A stretch of DNA of 64,000 nt, taken from contig OX597814.1 in assembly GCA_951406725.2 (NCBI GenBank), positions 39,990,001 through 40,054,000 on the forward strand, in the 5' to 3' direction. Below, piece after piece: positions 54,997 to 64,000 of this stretch (its first letter is position 1; every line of letters begins with the position of its first letter). This DNA is from Octopus vulgaris (Eukaryota). The position numbers were made by a program, and so were the translations under genes. The notes under the pieces were generated by a model. It saw nothing but the letters and a program-made list of their open reading frames with translations, was not told the DNA's origin and did not search any database.

Positions 54997-55270
54997 TTAT
55001 AGAAGGAGCTTCTACAGGACTAGAATAGTTTCATTCAAAAGAAATCATCAGGAAGCTAGGTGACAAGAGTAGTTTTGGCATTTATACATTTAGGCAGGTT
55101 TAAAGGGGTGGTGGTGGGGGACTTTTTTGGGGTAGGCATGGCGCAAACTATCATTCTTAGGGGAGTGGTCAAAGGAATCGGTGGTAAAGTAGATAAAAGA
55201 ATAAATAAAATAATAAAAGAATAAATAGAAAAATAGAGTTTTAGGTAAATAAGGAGACTCTCACTTATAC

Positions 55271-55319
<49 letters not shown>

Positions 55320-56091
55320 CACATATATATATATATATATATACACATGTACATATACACATACACACACATACACATATGTATACATATACATACATAT
55401 ACACACATATACATACATACACATATACATATATACACATACACATACGAACACATACACACATACACCCATATACACATGTACATATGTACCCATATAC
55501 ATGTATCTACGTACACGCCCATACCCATACTCATACATACACTTATATATGTCTACACACATATATATATTGAAGGGGATATACACCCCCATACACACAC
55601 GCTCCCATATCCATATATATATATATATATATACATACACATATATTTACACACACCCATATACACATATATATACATACATACACATACATACCTATAC
55701 ATATATATATATACACACACACATATATATACACACACACACATACAAATGTATATACATGCACACACATACACACACATTTCTTCCCTTATTTTAATTT
55801 TATTTTTATTTTTTACTTTTGTTTTTATTTTTATTTTTATCTTGACCTCGGCCAGCCAGCCCGGCACTGAAGTGATGTCGTCCCAAGGGAACTAGTCTAA
55901 AGAATCCATGTATTGCCCCTCTCCCTTCCTTTCTATATTTCTACTCACTGATACGAGCACAAACACTCACACACGCACACACATTCACACGTACACTCAT
56001 ACACATACACACACGCACGTGTTATATTTGTGTATATGTATGTATGTATATGTATACATATGTGTATGTGTGTGTGTATGTGTATATGTAC

Positions 56092-56139
<48 letters not shown>

Positions 56140-56387
56140 GTATAAGTGAGAGACTCCTTATTTACCTAAAACTCTATTTTTCTATTTATTCTTTTATCTA
56201 CTTTACCACCGATTCCTTTGACCACTCCCCTAAGAATGATAGTTTGCGTCATGCTTACCCCAAAAAAGTCCCCCACCACCACCCATTTAAACCTGCCTAA
56301 ATGTATAAATGCCAAAACTACTCTTGTCACCTAGATTCCTAATGATTTCTTTTGAATAAAACAGTTCTAGTCCTGTAGAAGCTCCTT

Positions 56388-56393
<6 letters not shown>
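54997..56393. repeat. Large inverted repeat (~400-bp arms) between (TA)n tracts; PLE-like non-coding element
   Basis: 54997-55410 is the reverse complement of 56030-56393, including microsatellite pattern. Non-canonical CTGATGA-TTTC(TTTT)GAAT-GAAA motif on the minus strand at ~55020-55060. Confidence 0.92.
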
Positions 56394-56442
<49 letters not shown>

Positions 56443-56888
56443 CATCTAGCCGACTTTATTATTTAAAAATTATCGAACTACCATTTTACTGAATCGGCCA
56501 TTTATTATTATAATAAGACTAATATACTGACAGGTTGGAGAAATTTATTAGAACTATTGATACCCATTGATCTCAATCGAACATAGGAAACTCGCTCGCT
56601 ATGTGGTGGTTAACTCCCCTCTCACTACATAGAATCGTACTATGTTTATGTCTATAGAGGTCTTTAACTCATATTTTGGAGCTACTATGCATCTCAGTCA
56701 CTCTTAGTGACAATTAATTTTTTCATTATTGGTTTTATAATTGCACTTACCGACCTTCATTGTGTTATACATGCATAAATACATAGATACATACACACAC
56801 ACATATATATATATAAATATATATATATATATTTATTTATATATATATATATATATGCACACACACACACACATATATATATATATGC

Positions 56889-57007
<119 letters not shown>

Positions 57008-57126
57008 GATATGTATAAAGAATGAACATGGTGGAAGACAAATGTATGAACAGGACATTTGTATGATATAAGGAATTTGAAAAAAAATTATAACAATACA
57101 AATAATTTATGTTTCAGCACATGAGC

Positions 57127-57223
<97 letters not shown>

Positions 57224-57324
57224 CGCATATATATAAACACACACATATATATATATATATATATACATATTCATCTATCTATCTGTCTGACTATCTATAT
57301 TTTGGCATTGTAAGCTACACCACT

Positions 57325-57680
57325 GATAGAACGGGACGACACTGCATAGTGCCAAAGATCCCAGCAATGTCATCACGCGTCAGGGCCAGCTTCTGCAACA
57401 GCCTGGGTTTGAAGGGCCCACACCTTTTTAATATTCTCCCAAAGATTCTGAGGAACTTGCACAAAGTAGATGTAGCGGTTTTTAAATCAAAGCTGGACAT
57501 CTTCCTGTCGAGAGTCCTAGATGAACCTGGGCAAGAGGTGCAAATGAGAGTAGCTATATAAAACTCCATTCTTCACCAAGTGCCACATATTAGACGAGGT
57601 TCTTCGCAATAACAGTGTAGCACAAAACGGCGGTGCATCAGCATGGCCGCAGCTCTGAGCTGAAACTAGAGAAAAAAGAA
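57325..57680 (+). mobile_element. 3' end of a CR1/L2-group LINE (ORF2 C-terminus + 3' tail)
   Basis: [12 protein letters not shown]...[42 protein letters not shown]; tail GGCGGTGCATCAGCATGGCCGCAGCTCTGAGCTGAAAC. Confidence 0.85.
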
Positions 57681-57747
57681 TGATGGCTCAACAACCAGAA
57701 ACCTCACTCAGAGATTTTTTATACATACACACAGACACAGATATACA

Positions 57748-57812
<65 letters not shown>

Positions 57813-57958
57813 TAGCTCATCCAGTCGGTATCTCCCGGAAAATCGGGGCATACACTTGATCCCGCAATTGTTGCGCTAATCCAAAAGCAACAATGCAATG
57901 TATGTAGCCATTAGACCGGTTTTGTGCATTCACAGATAATCTATACATATGCATACAC

Positions 57959-58005
<47 letters not shown>

Positions 58006-58034
58006 GACACACAGACATATATATATAAATTGTC

Positions 58035-58175
58035 GGAATTTACAGAAAAACCAAAGGCGAAATGAGGTCCATAAGCAACAGGCAGCTGTATTAGTTTGAC
58101 TCTCGGCAAGGTGAGAAAGTATTTAACGTTTACAGCCTACATTCGTGAAGAAGAAGGAACAAGAAGAAATAAACT
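58035..58175 (-). repeat. Decayed copy of the 32152/38460 HHR element family
   Basis: Minus strand ..GTAGGCTGTAAACGTTAAATACTTTCTCACC..CCGAG...CTAATACA..TGCCTGTTG matches the family; the core is lost. Confidence 0.6.
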
Positions 58176-58347
58176 GAGAGGCAATTAAAAAAATTCAGGA
58201 TTTAGCGATCAATAATTTTGACTAGTTAAGCAAATGTCGTTGATAGGATTGCTAAGAAGGGGTGATAATAAAGTACTGATGATCCCAAAACGAAGGTGCT
58301 ATTCATATGTGCATGCAAGCGTGTGTAAATGCGTAAGTGTGCATGGG

Positions 58348-58401
<54 letters not shown>

Positions 58402-58430
58402 GGAAAAAAGCAACAAGAATGGATTAAAAT

Positions 58431-58516
58431 CTCGGTACGATCGTTTCGTACGAGGACATCTTTAATAAGCTACAAAAAATGCAGTGAATACAGATGGGTC
58501 GTACTCGTCAGCCGAA
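58431..58516 (-). ncRNA. Type I hammerhead ribozyme, complete core
   Basis: Minus strand: TTCGG-CTGACGA-GTACGA-(45 nt incl. CATCT/AGATG)-TCGTAC-GAAA-CGATCG-TA-CCGAG. 5-bp stem I, 6-bp stem II, ACGATCGT palindrome, GUA site. Confidence 0.9.
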
Positions 58517-58607
58517 AAAATATCAGAGAATTCCCCATATATATATATATATATATGTATCTATATCTATATCTATATATATATATATACATATATATAT
58601 ATAAATA

Positions 58608-58654
<47 letters not shown>

Positions 58655-58833
58655 ACACACATATATATATATATATAGATATATATATATACATATATAT
58701 CTTCTCTTCCTACTATCTAACTTTGACGTCAATTCTAAGAACGTTTTTTTTAAACACTAATTATCGTTTAGTTTACCCTGTAGGCAGTCGTCGCAATTAT
58801 TATTTTGTCGTGTTGTTGAGAGAGGCTCCCTTT

Positions 58834-58914
58834 CTTTCCTGATGAGAAGATTGCATGTTGCCTGTTTATTCCTTTGGAATAGAACCATGTTGTCTTCGAA
58901 ATATATGTCGAGAG
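58834..58914 (+). ncRNA. Type I hammerhead ribozyme, complete core
   Basis: CTTTC-CTGATGA-GAAGA-(GCATG/CATGT, TATTCC/GGAATA)-TCTTC-GAAA-TATATG-TC-GAGAG. GUC cleavage predicted after 58909. Confidence 0.88.
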
Positions 58915-58977
58915 TAAAGGAATTTTGTTAACATCTTCGTTCAACTCCATTTATTTATTTATTCATATATATATATA

Positions 58978-59348
58978 CTAGCATTATCGCCCGGCGTTGC
59001 TCGGGTTTGTAAGGGAAATAACTATATAAGCATTTTTAGAGAGCTATAGCCAAAAAATAGCAAAAAAATGCATTAAAAATGGAAACGAAATGATGGTAAT
59101 TTTCTCTTTAAATCGTTGACTCATTGTAGACATTTTTAGAGAGTTACTTCCCTTATATGATAGCGAAAAAATGCATTAAAATGGGGAAAATGATGGTAAT
59201 TTTTTGGTAAATCGTAGACGCGCGCTAATACCCAGAAGGGCTCGATATGCATCACGACTATAAGATACCCGCTTTTGGTTAAACTGCACCGCAAAATGTG
59301 GGAGTAGTTAGGAATCTAAATCGTAGGAGACAGACACCCAACTTCACT

Positions 59349-59378
<30 letters not shown>
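58978..59378 (-). mobile_element. Non-autonomous Helitron
   Basis: Minus strand ends with hairpin CCCGAGCAACGCCGGG (58990-59005), then CTAG|T. Starts TC-(TA)n-AGTGAAGTTGGGTGTCTGTCT. Internal ~120-bp tandem duplication. Confidence 0.85.
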
Positions 59379-59393
<15 letters not shown>

Positions 59394-59591
59394 GGAGAGA
59401 TAAAGACACACATAGGAACACAGCGATACACCCCCACACATATATAAATAATATTTGTGGATTTTTCCCATTTTTATTAATTCTCATCAGTGGCTCTCAC
59501 CAAGTACCTTTGGTTAAACTCATCTTGCTTTGTAAATTTATAAGATTATCGTAGAAATCATACGCTGATTTCCTAAAAGTTAAAAGTGAAA

Positions 59592-59624
<33 letters not shown>

Positions 59625-60411
59625 CAGGGTTTGGACAAAATTATGGAAAAGCTTTAAACTTTGGAACAAATTTATTTTAATATGTGATAGGACCACCTTT
59701 GGCAGTAATTACACATTGAATTCGTATCAAGTTTGAGTTGTTTTCAAAGGAATTTTTATCCATTATTCAGCTAAAGCAGTCGCCGGGTCTTGTAGTGATG
59801 GTGATGTGGTTATATGACACCTTAATTGTTTTTTTCGAAACTACACAATAACTGTCCAATAAGATTGAGATCTGGGGAAGGTGGTGAACAAATAAGTTGT
59901 TCAACATTCACTAAACTGATCCCCGTCCCATTCGGTAACAATTTTAAGTTTGTGAATTGTAGCATTATCATTCTGAATGATTGTGTTTCCCTCCGGAAAT
60001 ATACGTGGCATTTGTTCAGATAAAATGCCTCGTTTTGACTATTAATTCTGCCATAAAGTAAAACCATTGGGCTAGCAGATTTCCAAGATATGACCTCCCT
60101 CAGGATCATAACAATTCCTACTCAATGTTTAAATGTTCGAAGAATGCACTCTGGGTCAAATGCTTCTTTTGGCTGTCTCCAGAAGTATACTAGGATGGTG
60201 GTCGTTAGCAAGGTAACGGATGACTCATCCGAGAAAATAACATTCTTCCACTGCTATAGAGACCAATTCCTTAGGATTTTACTTCACTTTAAACGCGTTG
60301 CAAAATTTCTTTTTAAGTGGTTTTCTGATTGCAGCTTTCCCGTGAAATTCGGCTTTCTGCAGCTCCTGGCAAGCATATTTTGTAGAAAGTGGGTTCTTGA
60401 GGTAATCATTA
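59625..60411 (-). mobile_element. Tc1-type transposase remnant with one TIR
   Basis: TA|CAGGGTTTGGACAAAATTATGGAAA terminus; ELQKAEFHGKAAIRKPL, IFSDES, FQNDNATIH and SPPSPDLNLI motifs across frameshifts. Confidence 0.85.
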
Positions 60412-60523
60412 ATTCTGTACCGCCGAAAAGTCACAAATCTATTACGGACAAGATAGGAAAAAATATCAGTGAACAATAATAATGCCTTACCTCAAATGGG
60501 TCAGGACAAATAAATGCTGGTCA

Positions 60524-60576
60524 ACTTGGTACCGGTTTCGAAATTTAGCGCTACGTGATTTCTCATCAGCCGAAGT
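60524..60576 (-). ncRNA. Type I hammerhead ribozyme, complete core (antisense copy)
   Basis: ACTTCGG-CTGATGA-GAAAT(CACGTAGCGCTAA)ATTTC-GAAA-CCGG-TA-CCAAGT. Confidence 0.85.
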
Positions 60577-60672
60577 CCGCCAGCTAAATAACTACTAACA
60601 TTCTCCTCCATCATGCCTGCAAAAGTTCGTTTGACGTGACCAAGCAAGGTACGAACAAACGAAATGCGTAAA

Positions 60673-60739
60673 GTCATTCGGCTGATGAGAAATCACGCGT
60701 GTAGGTGGCTCTAAAATTCGAAACCGGTACCGAGTTGAC
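60673..60739 (+). ncRNA. Type I hammerhead ribozyme, complete core
   Basis: GTCATTCGG-CTGATGA-GAA...TTC-GAAA-CCGG-TA-CCGAGTTGAC. 9-bp stem I with one bulge, ACCGGT palindrome, cleavage predicted after A60729. Confidence 0.88.
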
Positions 60740-60925
60740 CAGCATTTACTTGTTCTGACACATTTGAGGTAAGACATTATTACTGTTCACTGATATTTTT
60801 TCCTATCTTGTCTGTAATAAATTTGTGACTTTTTGGTGGTACAGAAGTATTTTTTACTTCTATCATGAGCGATATAGGTACTCATTTAATATCAATATGT
60901 ATATATGTACATATCTAATATTGTA

Positions 60926-60984
<59 letters not shown>

Positions 60985-62229
60985 TTATCTCTGAGTGCAC
61001 ACTGCATTCTATTTTTATATTGGAAATTTCTTTTTCTAAATATATTATTCAATATAATACCCCAGTTTTTTATGAACATACTGATGTACTCTTCAACATT
61101 TCTAAAAAGGCACACATTCAATAAATCATCAAACAATAATTATAAATTAAACAGTGTTGTCTGGTGCATGCAATACTTAATATATTCTAAAATTGCTCAT
61201 CTCTTTGTGGGCAATGAAAATGTTTCAAAGTAGTTAACGCAATAATTTTGTACTTTACGATGGTAAAATCAAATTATAAATATACTACATAAATAAAATA
61301 CAAGGAATCTCAAATTATCTCATTTAAAACATTTTACACTATTTTCGTTACCAATGCTCAATAAAAATAAACATGCGGTTGTTGGCCATATCCTCAGTTT
61401 TCTGTGTGTTAATTTGCATATGTACAGAAACATGTCATTTGCAAGAAAATAATTTTGAAATCTAAAATTTCATATAGAGGAATGTTTATTTGACTTTGGC
61501 TCTTCCACAGAAAATATCAACATGCAATGTTGTGTGAGAATGGACACACGTGTTCTGATTATATGAATTGCTTGTAGCTGTCAAATTCTTGATAAATAGC
61601 CATGTTAAAAAATCGATTATAAATTGTCTAAAACTATTGAGAACTAATACAGAATTTTAAATCTTCAGAATGTTATATCACCAAGCAACAAAAATTCCGA
61701 CTCCTAATTTAATTGGCTGATGTGGCTTGCCTTACGGTTAAGCTATTTAATAAATACCTCATTCTCAAATCTAATCTAAAGATAAAACACGTCCATCATG
61801 CAACTGAAGGATGAGCAAATATAACTATTAAATGTAAGGACCGGCTAACGCATGTCGGATACATATAGTAGCAAGTGATTATGTGTAATACTTGTATAAT
61901 ATGATCAAAAATGTGGTGTGATGATGAATTAAACCACGGCTCTAACTGAAAAAGTTGTTGGCTGTCAATAGTGCCCATCATTTATTTTAGCAATATGATT
62001 TACCGTAATTTACAAACATAATTCGAATTTGTCAGAACACGCTTAGCAGAAAAATCTTGCGGTGATTAATCACATTTCAATAATTCATAATCTATAAATA
62101 TCCATTGTCCTCAGGAAATATGTTGCACATTCATGTTTCAATATCATTTCATTTTCATATATTTACAATCTCTTCTGTTTTGATGGTGTCTGTATAAGTT
62201 ACTCCAGTATTTATTCGAGTAGGAGGTGA

Positions 62230-62830
62230 CGTATCAGGATTTTGGCAGGGGTTTCAGTATGTCGACTCTGTTGTGCAACGGTAACCACTGCATATGGTCA
62301 AGTTCTGCCGTTTCTCTCTTTCTTTATGTCTCCTGCTATCGATATCGTCCAGTATATACTAATATCTGGAATCAGGCTCAGATGTGTCCAATTCCCAAGA
62401 AACCTAACTGCTGAGAAACCGTCAAATTATTCCCTGCGCACTCAAATTGAACGCATTAAAATTGACAGGTTGAATCGCTCTCGCCCTACATGAAGACCAG
62501 TATGGCTTTGATAGATTCATTTAACTCGGGGCCTATTGCGCTATGTCACTCACATGAAGAGTTCCAGAGTTTTCGTTATTTCATATTGTTCATCGCAGCA
62601 ACAGCAATGATTCAAGCGCATGTCACTCACAAAACTACTGGAAAAACACCGGAATACGCATCGGCATTTCTCGCCCCTTATACTTGTGGTAGCATGTCAG
62701 ATAACATTAGCGTCAAGATTGCACATAGAACCCATAAGGATATATTTTGTATCAACGCTATCGTATCGCAAAGCTTTGATTTGTCTTCCCCATTCTCATT
62801 TCCATAGATAAAAATGTACTTGCCGTCGGC
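62230..62830 (+). pseudogene. Decayed CR1/L2/Jockey-group RT remnant
   Basis: IWNQAQMCPIPKK..KPSNYS, LHEDQYGF, and ISVKI...INAIVSQSFDLSSPFSF (GVPQGSVLSP-like) in RT order. Confidence 0.6.
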
Positions 62831-63442
62831 TTCATCACCTCACACCTGAACTCAAATTACGCCACCAACCCTAATTTTCCTTAACATTACGAATACAAGC
62901 GCCTTTCGTTCTTGAGTTGGTATCTCGGCAATGCAGGAGAACCATTCACTGGCACAATGATTAGTGCGTACTTTTTGATCAAATATTCAATAGCGAAAAC
63001 AAAACTAAAACAGCTTGAAATATCATTGCACTCGTATCTATAAACAGAAACAACACATCATTAGATATTCGGTTATCTCTTACTTACTGGGTCAGCCTGT
63101 AACTGGACATCACTTGCAGGGAAATATATATTTATAAAATAGCAACATTTAAGGCAAACAAGCGAAACTTCAATTTAGTGAAATAAAAAACATGAGACAA
63201 AATCTAAGATGGGATAATTTGCAGATAAATCCTAAAATAGAATACTATTGTGTCTGAGGTGATATACTAAACTGCAACCTAGAAAAAGTGTGTGGGGTTG
63301 GGTTTCAAACAATATCACAAGGACACACATACAAAACATCGGACGTACATACACATATACGTATATGTATGTATTACACGTAAATATATGTACATATATG
63401 TATGAAAGTATGCATATATGCATGTGTATATATGTTATACAT

Positions 63443-63551
<109 letters not shown>

Positions 63552-64000
63552 CACATATATATATATATGTATGTATGTATGTATGTATATATAAGGACAA
63601 TCATAGTTTGCAAACTTCATTCAGGAATAGCAAAATCTTATGAAAGTAATAGTTACATATACAAAGATTATTGAACATTATATATAATACTCAACTGCAA
63701 ATTGGCCATATAAATCATGGTTCATATATATTTATTTATTATAATCATGAGATGAGAATAGAGAGAGGAAATTATTAAATTATCATTCATTAATTTTAAA
63801 AAATTGACAAACATCCCTTGCAGCTTTTTAAATTTTGTCCCTCAGAAGATTAATCGAATTATAAATTATTTGAAAGTCGAATCTCTTTAGAGGTAAATAA
63901 ATATATTCAAATTTGGTTTTCAATTCCTGCATGTTGAATAAACGCTGTAAACCGTTAACTGATAACATTTATACATAAAGAATATAGAATAAAAATGGTA

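Larger units (their letters stand above)
60412..60900. mobile_element. Non-coding inverted-repeat element (arms 60412-60574 / 60677-60846) carrying two hammerheads
   Basis: ~165-bp arms match as reverse complements around a ~100-bp spacer. The right arm continues ~50 bp into (TA)n. It truncates the Tc1 remnant. Confidence 0.92.

Overview
AT-rich, microsatellite-saturated animal genomic DNA, probably intronic or intergenic. The repeat content (tRNA-head and Meta-domain-like SINEs, dense (TA)n/(CA)n) suggests a cephalopod such as Octopus; this is an inference. No intact host protein-coding gene is supported, and most ORF-track entries are microsatellite translations. The window holds many decayed mobile elements: three Penelope-like elements (two Neptune-like, one Poseidon-like), a near full-length R4/Dong-type LINE plus a 3' stub in (TAA)n, CR1/L2- and RTE-type RT remnants, a gag-like ORF1-only element, Tc1/mariner remnants, two non-autonomous Helitrons and several SINEs. 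The main signal is non-coding. About 15 type I hammerhead ribozyme (HHR) motifs from many different sequence families occur here, five with a complete canonical core and good stems. They sit in short non-coding elements lodged in (TA)n arrays, often as inverted sense/antisense pairs, with family-specific palindromic stem III and sometimes long structured stem II inserts. All folds were read by eye and no cleavage activity has been shown.
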